Positions 24,175-35,431 of a stretch of DNA of 64,000 nucleotides are shown here, piece by piece; positions within the stretch are counted from its first letter, which is position 1, and each line of letters opens with the position of its first letter. Location: positions 2,170,001-2,234,000 of the forward strand of contig CM068773.1 of NCBI GenBank assembly GCA_035084275.1, written 5' to 3'. The position numbers and the translations under genes are program-made. The notes under the pieces are model-generated. The model did no database searches. It had not been told where the DNA came from and saw only the letters and a program-made list of their open reading frames with translations. The DNA is from Hydrolagus colliei (lineage: Eukaryota).

Positions 24175-25812
24175 CTACTCCCCCTTCGCTTTCCTTGCCT
24201 TCCTCGCTCGCCAGCGACGCAGGACTAGGCCGCAGCCTGCTAGGAGCAGGCAGGCCGGAGCCAGGGCAGCGGTTAGGAGGAAACAGGCCACGTCGAGGCT
24301 GTGGTAGGCGGCCCAGCCCAGATCAGTGACAGCGGCCGCGGGCCTCAGGTGAGGCGCCCCCTTGTGCCGGATCACGTATTCCACCCAGAAGACGGCCCGG
24401 TCCAGGGCGGGCTGGGGCTGGTCACGGTGCAGGCCCGACAGGCGCCTCATGTTGTCGGCGTAGGCCTGGTCGCCTAGCAACCGGTCCAGCGAGCGCCCGA
24501 ACTCGCCAGGCCCCATCCCAGCCACGTCCACGACCAGGGCCCCACCCCGGGCCTCCAGCCGCAGGAGGTTGTCGAACTGGTCGAATATGAGGGGGACGCC
24601 GAGGACGGGGACCCCGTGATAAATGGCCTCGTACACGCCATTGGTGCCCCCGTGAGACACGAAGACCCTGGTCTTGGGGTGGCCGAGTAGGTCGTTCTGT
24701 GGTAGCCACGGCAACAGGAGGGTGTTGGGGCCTAGCCGGGCGGGCCGAGGCCCGGTGTGTCTCCACACCACCCGCTGGGGGAGGCGGGCGAAGGCTCCCG
24801 CCATCTCCTCGGTCACCCTGGAGGGCAGGGATCCCAGCAGGGTCCCCAGCGACATCACCACCACCCCATGGGAGCCAGAACCGGCCACAAATTCCTCCAG
24901 ATACTCGGGCAAGGCCCCCGCCGGTTTGCACTGGAAGCCGCCCACGTACACCATGTTGGGCATCGAGGGCCGGGGGAACTCGAACACAAAGTCCACCCTC
25001 ATCAGCCACAGGTCAGCCGAGCACAAGAGCGAGTCCACGTCACATCCGGGGCCTAGGTAACGCTGGCACAGACTGGTCAGCTTGGACCTGTAGTCATAGT
25101 ATGTGCCCAGGTGCACAAGGTGGTAGAGGATGTTCTGGAGGCGTTGGAGGAAGGACATGCGGTCAGTGAGGCCCGAGCCGAAGATGGGAATGTAGGAGAG
25201 AGGCGAGGGGGCCATATCCATGTGGCCTTCACCGTTGAACGTCCACCGGACGTTGTAGACCAGCGGGAGTTTGATGTGAGATGCCAACAATACCCCCAGG
25301 GGCAGTACTGGATCAGTCAGCACCAGGTCAAAGCTGGACTGCTCCAGCAGGCCCAAGAGTGTCTGGTTCTCGAAAACCAGAGTGACTAGGTCTAGTGTGT
25401 GGGCCCATATGGCTTTCATGAACTCCGAGATGGCCTCGTTCATCTCCAAACTGGCTGACAGGGAGCGACCTCGCTTACGGATTGCCAGAGTCTTCTTGAG
25501 GTGCTCGTCCATGAAGTCCTGGCTATCAAAGGTCTGGCTCAGGTTGCTGGAGTCCACGGTCAGCGAGCGGTACAGAGGGGAGTCCTCCAAGATGTACCAG
25601 GAGCTCGAGGGCCTCAGGACAGTGAAACGGTGGCCCCTGAGGCTCAGGGCCTCCAACAGAATCTTCATGTTGACCCAGTGGCTCCCGTCCATAGGCACCA
25701 CCAAGATGTGAGCGGCCTGTGATCCAGGAGGGGGCGCCAGAGAGCCCAGCAACAACAACAACAACAACACTCTCCCACAAGCCCTGGGAAACTCGAACTC
25801 CATCACAGCCAT
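24175..25812 (-). CDS. ugt5: UGT5-type UDP-glucuronosyltransferase, copy 5 (545 aa)
   Basis: Full ORF with all canonical motifs (WLPQNDLLGHP, HGGTNG, FDQ, TM, KAKGE). Confidence 0.93.
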   Translation of the reverse strand: MAVMEFEFPRACGRVLLLLLLLGSLAPPPGSQAAHILVVPMDGSHWVNMKILLEALSLRGHRFTVLRPSSSWYILEDSPLYRSLTVDSSNLSQTFDSQDFMDEHLKKTLAIRKRGRSLSASLEMNEAISEFMKAIWAHTLDLVTLVFENQTLLGLLEQSSFDLVLTDPVLPLGVLLASHIKLPLVYNVRWTFNGEGHMDMAPSPLSYIPIFGSGLTDRMSFLQRLQNILYHLVHLGTYYDYRSKLTSLCQRYLGPGCDVDSLLCSADLWLMRVDFVFEFPRPSMPNMVYVGGFQCKPAGALPEYLEEFVAGSGSHGVVVMSLGTLLGSLPSRVTEEMAGAFARLPQRVVWRHTGPRPARLGPNTLLLPWLPQNDLLGHPKTRVFVSHGGTNGVYEAIYHGVPVLGVPLIFDQFDNLLRLEARGGALVVDVAGMGPGEFGRSLDRLLGDQAYADNMRRLSGLHRDQPQPALDRAVFWVEYVIRHKGAPHLRPAAAVTDLGWAAYHSLDVACFLLTAALAPACLLLAGCGLVLRRWRARKARKAKGE

Positions 25813-27129
25813 CGCTAGTCACTGTGTTGTGGTGGGGGAGGGGGGGTGGGGGGGGGCTGGAAGAGGAGGCAGAGAAAGGAGTTTGCCGTCAGTTGCGTCT
25901 CATTATGATTATGTCCGTGGTGTGAGGACAAAGGAAACAGTCACTACACTACCCTGTAGCTCAGTGGTTAGATCCCTAGCCATGCAATTGAGAAGACATA
26001 GGTTCAATGCGTAAGAAGGACAGGACAGGGTGAAACCTTAGGCAAGACACTCACACAGACACACTCACACACAGACATATGTACTTACTGATAGACACAC
26101 ACACACACACACCGACAGACACACACATATCCACACACAGATTATATGCTGACAAACACACAGACAGACCCAGTCACTACACTTCATAGTGTGTTTCTGT
26201 GAAGTGTATTTAGACATGTCTCAGTCTCTCTATCTCACTCTCTCCATCTCTCTCTCACCCTCTCCCACAAAACACACAGTCACTATACTTTACAGTGTGT
26301 CCCTGTGAAGCACTTTAGGACCTCTCTCTCTCTGTCTCTGTATCCCAGTGAAGCGAGTTGCGACATCTTGACGATGGGATAAGGCACCGGGTCAAATCTT
26401 AGCTTTAATTGTGATAATTAACTTACCATAAGGGGAGAGGTCTCTCTCTCTCTCTCTCTTTATCAGTCACTCTCTCTTTCCCTTTCTCTCTCTCTCTCGT
26501 CACCCCACCTCCATGTCACGCTCTCTGTCTCCCACTCTCAGTCATTCTCTCTGTATCACAGTCTCAAAGCCTCTCTTTCTCGGTCTCTGATTTCTCAATC
26601 TCTCTCTCTCAGTCCATCACAAAGTCTACCTCTCACTCTCTCCCTCAATTTCTCAGTCTCTCTCCCTCATTCTCTCAATCTCATTCACTGTCTCTCTCTC
26701 TCCACCTCACTCTCTCAATCTCTCCCTCCTCTCAAAGTATCTCCGTCACCCTCTCTCCCTCCATTCTTTCAGACTCCCTCTCTCCGTCTCTCTCTTGGTG
26801 TGTCTCAAAGTCTATCTCCCCCCACCTTTCTGTTTCTCTCTCCTTCTCTAATATCCCTTCCTCCAGATCTAACTTTGGCCCAAACAAGATTTGAAACCTG
26901 ATTATCACTTCCTTGAAACAGAGCAATAAGGTCAAAGTCTCTAAACTCACCTTTGAGATCGCGCATTATCATGTCTTCTCGATGGGATCACAAAGCACTT
27001 CACAGAATAGACTGGAAAGCCAACTGACTGTATGTTTGTGGGCGAAACACGGCAGCCATTGCGCACATCAGCGTCCCCACAAACAGTTAATTTTTTGGGG
27101 GAGCGATTATTATTAGGCGCGTGTGTGTG

Positions 27130-28190
27130 TTCTTGCCTGGTTCTACTCCTACCTCTCTCATCATCTACACTTGGTCGCTTTCTCTTCCAGCCCCCGCACT
27201 AATCACCCATGGTGTCCGTCAGGTCTCTGTCCTTGACCCCTTACTCTTCAACATCTACATGCTCCCACTTGGCGACATCATCTGCAGACATGGGGTTAAC
27301 TTCCATATGTATGCAGATGACACCCAACTCTATGTCTCTGCCTCTACGAATCCAGGACTAACACTGTCCTGACAGACGGTCTGTCAGATATCAAGTCCTG
27401 GATGAGAGCTAACTTTCTACAGTTGAATGTCAACAAGACCGAGGCCCTATTGATTTGTACATCAACCTCCATGGCGGCACACTCAACCTCACCAAGCCAG
27501 TCAGGAACCAAGGGTCTTGTACAACCCTCAAATTTCCTCCATCAGATCCAAGCAATGACCAGTTCTGCCTTTCCCCATCTCAGCAACATTGCCCAACTCC
27601 GCCACTACCTCACCCCCAAAGCCGCTGAAACCCTCATCTACGCCTTCATTACATCCTGGCTGGATTATGCTAATGCCTTTCTGGTCGGCCTTCCCAGTTC
27701 CTCCCTCCACAGGCTGCAGATAATCCAGAACTCTGCGGTCCATGTCGTTTACCGTTCCAAACTTGGTGACCCCATCTGCCCAATCCTTACCCGACTCTAC
27801 TGGCTCCCCATCAATCAGAGGATGCAATTAAAAATCCTGGTCCTCACATTTAAAGCCTCCACAACCTCCCCGTCCCCCCACACCCTACATCCGTGACCTC
27901 TTATCCCTTTACCAAGCTGCCCGCCCCCTCTGCTCAGCAGCCTCTGGCCTGCTCCACCTCTTCTGACCCAGCTGCACCACCATTGGCGGGTGAGTCTTCA
28001 GCCACTCTGCCCCCAACCTCTGGAACTCCATCCCATAGTCCGTTCACCATACCGCTCCCTGGCCTCCTTCAAGTCTTGCTTGATAGACCCATTGGCCTAA
28101 TCCCTCACTTCCCTCCCCTCGCTGTCCTCAGCTCGGGTCTCAAGCAGTGACTGTCCAGCGCCTTTGTACATCGTCCTGACGTGAAGACTC
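27130..28190 (+). mobile_element. L2-clade LINE fragment at the centre of symmetry of the UGT array
   Basis: [34 protein letters not shown] and RLDYAN-like RT motifs, frameshifted. Confidence 0.88.
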
Positions 28191-30009
28191 TTTTTCTGAC
28201 CAGCGGTAAGTGTATAGACCTGCAGTTCAGCGGTTAGTTCCGTGGCCTTGCTCGCTCACAAGCCACAATCCTGTAGCTCAGTGGTTAGTGCTCTGGCCTC
28301 CCCCACACGCTCGCTAACTGTCTCCCATTGAGTGACATTCCCTAACTAACTAATTCTGTTGCCATCTCTCTCTTCCATCACCCCATCCTAACCTGGCTCC
28401 CCATCACTCAGGGAATCCAGTTCAAAGCCCCTCTCTCTCTCGCCCTTTCTCTCCATCCCTTCCTTCCTCTCTCTCTCTCTCTCTCTCTACCTCCCTCAGC
28501 CCCCAACCCCTGACTGTCCAGGCCAACACTGTGGGATGTCCTCTTATGTGATCATAGGTTTCGCCCTGTCCTGCCTGGATTCGAACACAGGTCTCACTCT
28601 GTAGCTCAGTGGTTAGAGACCTCGCCTTCCAAGCGTGAGAACTTGTCTTTCACACACACACAGGCACAAACAGAGACATAGACAGACCAAATAATAATCG
28701 CTCAAAAAAAAATCCACTGTTTGTGGGGACGCTGATGTGCGCAATGGCTGCCGCGTTTCACCCATGAACATATAGTCTATTGACTTTTGAGTCTATTCTG
28801 TGAAGTGCTTTGTGACACTATCTAGAATATGTGATAAGGCGCGATCTCAAAGGTGAGTTTAGAGACTTTGACTTTATTGCTCTCTGTCACGGAAGCGATA
28901 ATCAGGTTTCAAATCTTGTTTGGGCCAAAGTTAGATCTGGAGGAAGGGGGATATTAGAGAAAGAGACAGTGGGGGGAGAGAGAGAGAGAAAGGGTGGGGA
29001 GAGAGATAGACATTGAGACAGACCGAGAAAGAGACAGAGAGAGAGACTTTGAGAGGAGGGAGAGACTGAGAGAGTGATGGGGAGAGAGAGAGACAGACAA
29101 AGAGAGTAAAACTGAGAGATTGAGGGAGAGAGTGACAGGTAGACTTTGTGATGGACTGAGAGAGAAAGAAAGAGAGAGAGATTGAGAAATCAGTGACCGA
29201 GAGAGAGACTTTGAGACTGAGAGAGTGCAAGTGATAGAGAGAGAGTGACTGAGATTGGGAGACACAGAGCGTGACAGGGAGGTGGGTGGAGAGAGAGCGA
29301 GAGGGAAAGGGAGGTTGACTGAGAAAGAGAGAGAAATAGAGAGAGCGAGAGTGACTGAGAAAAAGAGAGATAGAGAGTGAGCTCTCTCCTTAAGGTAAGT
29401 TAATTATCACAATGAAAGCTAAGATTTGAACCAGCGCCTTATCCCGTCGACAAGACGTCTCGAAGTCTTTCATAGGGATACACTGTGAAGTGTAGTGACT
29501 GTGTTTGTTTTGTGAGAGAGAGAGTGAGAGAGGGAGACTGAGAGATGTTTCAAAGTGCTTCACAGAGACACACTGCAAAGTGTGGTGACTGTGTGTGTCT
29601 GTGTCTTTGTCAGCATGTATCTGTGTGTGTGTGTGTCTGTCAGTCAGTGTGTGTGTGTGTGTGTGTGTCTGTCTGTCAGTGTGTGTGTGAGTGCGTGTGT
29701 CTGTATATGTGTGAGTGCCTTGCCAATCGTTTTGTCCTGTCCTGCCCAGGAATTGAACCCAGGTCATCTCACTTGAGCCATGGCCAGAGCTCTAGCGAAT
29801 GAGGTAGAGGACTGTGGTTTGCTCGATCATCAGGCCATGGTTCTAGCCACTGAGGGTAGTGTAGTGACTGTTTATTTTGCCCTCGTACCTCAGACACAAT
29901 AACAACGAGACCCAACTGCCTGCAAACTCCTTTCTCTGCCTCCTCTCCCCCATCCACCTCCCTCCCCCCCCCCCCCCGCCCCTCCCCCACCACAACCCAG
30001 TGACTAGCG

Positions 30010-30083
30010 ATGGCTGTGATGGAGTTCGAGTTTCCCAGGGCTTGTGGGAGAGTGTTGTTGTTTTTGTTGCTGGGCTCTCTGGC
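30010..30083 (+). pseudogene. UGT copy 6: start codon plus signal-peptide stub; rest of CDS deleted
   Basis: MAVMEFEFPRACGRVLLFLLLGSLA is joined at 30083/30084 to sequence that normally lies ~320 bp past the stop codon (compare ~33104). Confidence 0.9.
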
Positions 30084-30840
30084 TTCTCCTCTCCCCCTCT
30101 CTTCCCAGTTTCAGGTCTCAGCTAAAGAATCTTCTCTAAACAACAGTACCTGTATTTGTTCCTGTAATAATAATAATATTAATAATCCTTGCATTTGATG
30201 TAGTGCTTTTCACATGTTATCGACATCTCAAAATGCTTCACGGAATATATTGGAAAGTCAAATGACAGTATGTTTGTGGGCGAAACGTGGCAGTCAATTG
30301 CACACAGCAGTGTCCCCACAAACAGTCGTGGGTTGAAAATTACCAATTTTTATTATTGTGTTTTTCTTTTTGGGAGGGATTACTATTAGGCGCGCGTGTG
30401 TGGAGGAAGGAAACTTGCCCATGGTTTCCCCCTGACGTGCCTGGATTCGAACACACGTCTCACGCCTTTCCCCACCTCCGCAACACTTCCCTACTTCGCC
30501 ACTAACTCACCACCAAAGCTGCTGAAACACTATCCCCATTGAATGACTCTCCGTAACTCTCCACCGTTTCGTTTTTTGATTGATTGATTTTGTGACGTGC
30601 CCTAACGCTCCCATTGAATGACGTTCCCTAACTCTTTCCATTGAGTGAATATCACTAACTGTATCCCCCATTGATTCGCGCTTCCTAACTCCGTCCGCTT
30701 GTAGTGACGCTCCCTAACTCTATTCCCATAGAGTGAGCTTCCCTAACTCTATCCCCCATTGGCTGACTCTCCCTAACTAACCCCAACTCTATTCCCATCT
30801 CTCTTCTATCACCCCATCCTCACCTGGCTCCCCATCACTT

Positions 30841-30871
<31 letters not shown>

Positions 30872-31147
30872 CTTTGATGTATACAGTGCCCTCCACGCCA
30901 GACGGCGTATCAGAGCGCTTAGAGGGTACAGTTCAAAGCCTCTCCCTCCCTCCCTCCCACTCTCGGCCAGTGTTCTAACCACTGGGTTACAGGGTAGTGT
31001 AGTGACTGTTTCTTTTGCCCTCGTACTGTGGACACAATAACAATGAGATCCAACTGACTGCAAACTCCTTTCTCTGCCTCCACTCCCCCATCCACCTCCC
31101 CCACCCCCCCCCCCCCCCCCTCCCCCACCACAACACAGTGACTAGCG

Positions 31148-32786
31148 ATGGCTGTGATGGAGTTCGAGTTTCCCAGGGCTTGTGGGAGAGTGTTGTTGTT
31201 GTTGTTGTTGCTGGGCTCTCTGGCGCCCCCTCCTGGATCGCAGGCCGCTCACATCTTGGTGGTGCCTGTGGACGGAAACCACTGGGTCAACATGAAGATT
31301 CTGTTGGAGGCCCTGAGCCTCAGGGGCCACCGTTTCACTGTCCTGAGACCCTCGAGCTCCTGGTACATCTTGGAGGACTCCCCTCTGTACCGCTCGCTGA
31401 CCGTGGACTCCAGCAACATCAACCAGAGCTTTGGCAGCCAGGACTTCATGGACGAGCACCTCAAGAAGACTCTGGCAATCCGTGAGCTAGGTCGCTCCCT
31501 GTCGGCTGGTTTGGAGATGTACAAGGCCATCATGGAGTTCGTCAAAGCCATGCGGGCCCACACACTAGACCTGGTCACTCAGGTTTTCGAGAACCAGACG
31601 CTCTTGGGCCTGCTGGAGCAGTCCAGCTTCGATCTGGTGCTGACTGACCCAGTACTGCCCCTGGGGGTGTTGTTGGCATCTCACCTCAAGATCCCGTTGG
31701 TCTACAACGTCCGGTGGACGTTCAACGGCGAAGGCCACATGGATATGGCCCCCTCGCCTCTCTCCTACATTCCCATCTTCGGCTCGGGCCTCACCGACCG
31801 CATGTCCTTCCTCCAACGCCTCCAGAACATCGTCTGGCGCCTCTTGTGCTTCGGCACCAACTACAGCTACACGTCCAAGCTGAACAGTTTGTGCGAGTGT
31901 TACCTAGGCCCCGGCTCTGACGTGGACTCGCTCTTGCGCTCGGCCGACCTGTGGCTGATGAGGGTGGACTTTGTGTTCGAGTTCCCACGGCCCTCGATGC
32001 CCAACATGGTGTACGTGGGCGGCTTCCAGTGCAAACCGGCCGGGGCCTTGCCCGAGGACCTGGAGGAATTTGTGGCCGGTTCCGGCTCCCACGGGGTGGT
32101 GGTGATGTCGCAGGGGACCCTGCTGGGGTCCCTGCCCTCCAGGGTGACCGAGGAGATGGCGGGAGCCTTTGCCCGCCTCCCCCAGCGGGTGGTGTGGAGA
32201 CATACCGGGCCTCAGCCTGCCCGGCTAGGCCCCAACACCCTCCTGTTGCCGTGCCTACCACAGAACGACCTGCTCGGCCAACCCCAAGACAAGGGCCTTC
32301 GTGTCTCACGGGGGCACCAATGGCGTGTACGAGGCCATTTATCACGGGGTCCCCGTCCTCGGCGTCCCCCTCCTGTTCGACCAGTTCGACAACCTCCTGC
32401 GGCTGGAGGCCCGGGGCGGGGCCCTGGTCGTGGACGTGGCTGGGATGGGGCCTGGCGAGTTCGGGCGTTCGCTGGACCGGTTGCTAGGCGACCAGGCCTA
32501 CGCTGACAACATGAAGCGCCTGTCGGGCCTGCACCGTGACCAGCCCCAGCCCGCCCTGGACCGGGCCGTCTTCTGGGTGGAATACGTGATCCGGCACAAG
32601 GGGGCGCCTCACCTGAGGCCCGCGGCCGCCGTCACTGATCTGGGCTGGGCCGCCTACCACAGCCTCGACGTGGCCTGTTTCCTCCTAACCGCTGCCCTGG
32701 CTCCGGCCTGCCTGCTCCTAGCAGGCTGCGGCCTAGTCCTGCGTTGCTGGGCAGCGAGGAAGGCGAGGAAAGCGAAGGGGGAGTAG
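31148..32786 (+). pseudogene. UGT5-type copy 7, frameshifted
   Basis: 1-bp A insertion at 32280/32281 inside the UGT signature (GGCCAACCCC vs GGCCACCCC). Also W-to-C in WLPQ and L-to-Q in SLGT. Confidence 0.88.
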
Positions 32787-35344
32787 GGCAGGTGGGGAGA
32801 GGAGAGGGGGAGAGAGTGTATGAGGGTCAGAGGGTTGTGTATAGTGTAATAACGAATAATAATTAATAACAAATTATGGGTAAAGAGGGTAAAGTGAGTT
32901 AGTTTCTCTGTGTGATCGGATGTTCTAAAATCCTCAGTAATAAAGATCTCTAACATCACAATAAATGGTTAGTGAATCAATGTCCAAAATATTGTTTGGA
33001 ATATTGGAAACAAGTAGAATGTCATTTGCAACTTATCTCGTTGGAAAATCTATTGTGAAAGTTTTGTTCTTTGGGTAAATCCTACACACTCATACACAGT
33101 CCCTTCTCCTCTCCCCCTCTCCTCCCAGTTTCAGGTCTCAGCTGAAGAACCTTCTCTAAACAACAGTATCTGTATTTATTCCTGTAACAATAATAATATT
33201 AATAATCCTTGCATTTGATGTAGTGCTTTTCACATGTTATCGAGATCTCAAAACGCTTCACGGAATATATTGGAATATAAATGACTTAATGTGTGTGGGT
33301 GAAACGTGGCAGCCAATTGCACACAGCAGTGTCCCCACAAACAGTCTTGGGTTGAAAATTACCTATTTTTATTATTGTGTTTTTCTTTTTGGGAGGAATT
33401 ACTATTAGGTGTGTGTGCGTATGTGTGTGTGTATGTGCGTGTGGAGGAAGGAAACTTGCCCATGGTTTCCCCCTGACCTGCCTGGATTCGAACACACGTC
33501 TCACGCCTTTCCCCACCTCCGCAACACTTCCCTACTTCGCCACGACCTCACCCCCAAAGCTGCTGAAACACTATCCCCATTGAATGACTCTCCCTAACTC
33601 TCCACCGTTTCGTTTTTTGATTGATTGATTTTGTGACGTGCCCCAACACTCACATTGGGTGACGTTCCCTAAGTCTTTCCATTGAGTGAATAACCCTAAC
33701 TGTATCCCCCATTGATTCACGCTTCCTAACTCCATCCGCTTGTAGTGACGCTCCCTAACTCTATTCCCATAGAGTGAGCTTCCCTAACTCTATCTCCCAT
33801 TGACTGACTCTCCCTAACTAACCCCAACTCTATTCCCATCTCTCTTCTATCACCCCATCCTCCCCTGGCTCCCCATCACTTACAACAACAACAACAACAA
33901 CAACTTTGATGTATATAGTGCCCTCCACGCCGGACGGCGTCTCAGAGCGCTTAGAGGATACAGTTCAAATCCTCTCCCTCCCTCCCTCCCCCTCTCGCCC
34001 TTTGTCTCCATCCCTCCCTCACTCAATGTTTCGCACTGTCTGGCCTGGATTCGAACACAGGTCTCACTCTGTAGCTCAGTGGTTAGAGCCCTTGCCTTAC
34101 AAGCGTGAGAACTTGTGATTCACACACACACACAGACACACACAGACACAAACAGAGACATACACACACACCTATGCGCCTAATCATAATCGCTCAAAAA
34201 ACAAATCGACTGTTTGTGGGGACGCTGATGTGCGCAATGGCTGCCGCGTTTCACCCACAAACATACAGTCAGTTGACTTTCCAGTCTATTCTGTGAAGCG
34301 CTTTGTGACACTATGTAGAATATGTGATAATGCGCGATCTCAAAGGTAAGTTTAGAGGCTTTGACCTGATTGCTCTCTGTCAAGGAAGCGATAATCAGGT
34401 TCCAAATCTTGTTTTGACCAAAGTTAGATCTGGAGGAAGTGATATTAGAGAAGGAGAGAGAAAGAAAGGGGGAGGGAGAGAGATTTGAGATGGACTGAGA
34501 GAGAGAGAGAGACAGGGAGAGACTGAGAGAACGGAGGGAGAGTGGGTGACAGATAGACTTTGAGAGGGAGAGAGAGAGAGAGAGAGAGGGTGAGTGAGTG
34601 AGGAAGGGAGGGAGGGAGGGAGGGAGAGAGGGAGATAGACTTTAAGATGGACCAAGAGAGAGACAGAACGAGATAGACTGAGAGAAAGGAAGAGTGAGAG
34701 AGTGATGGAGAGACTGAGAAGAAGGAGAGACGGAGAGGGTGAGTGGGGAGAGAGAGAGCGAGTGAGATTGAGAGAGAGAGAGCGAGTGAGGGAGAGAGAC
34801 TGAGAGATTGAGGGAGAGAGTGAGAGGTGGATTTTGTAATGAACTGAGAAAGGGACAGAAATTGACAAATCAGAGAGCCAACGAGAGAGACTTTGAGACT
34901 GAGAAAGACTGAGAAAGAATGCAAGTGGAGCTCTCTCCTTAAGGTAAATTAATTATCACAATTAAAGCTAAGATTTGACCCGGCGCATTATCTCGTTAGC
35001 GAGACGTCAAAGCACTTTAATAGGGATATACTATAAAGTGTAGTGACTGTGCGTTTTGTGGGAGAGAGAGAGTGAGAGAGACAGAGAAACGTCTCAAAGC
35101 GCTTCACAGGGACACACTGTAAAGTATAGTGACTGTGTGTGTGTGTGTTTCTGTCAGTGTGTGCATGCGTCTGTGTGTGGGTGTGTGTGTATGAGTGTCT
35201 TGCCTAACGTTTCGCCCTGTCCTGCCCAGGAATTGAACCCAGGTCCTCTCACTTGCACGACCAGGGCTCTAACCACTGAGCTACAGGGTAGTGTAGTGAC
35301 TGTTTCTTTTGCCCTCGTACTGTGGACACAATAATAATGAGACT

Positions 35345-35422
35345 CAACTAACTACAAACTCCTTTCTCTGCCTCCTCTCCCTCGTCCACCTCCACCCCCT
35401 CCCCTCCCCCACCACAACCCAG
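35345..35422 (+). promoter_or_regulatory. Candidate 3' splice site ending 9 nt upstream of the UGT start codon (conserved in all copies)
   Basis: Branch-point-like CTAAC, long C/T tract, then CCCAG|TGACTAGCGATG. Confidence 0.55.
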
Positions 35423-35431
35423 TGACTAGCG

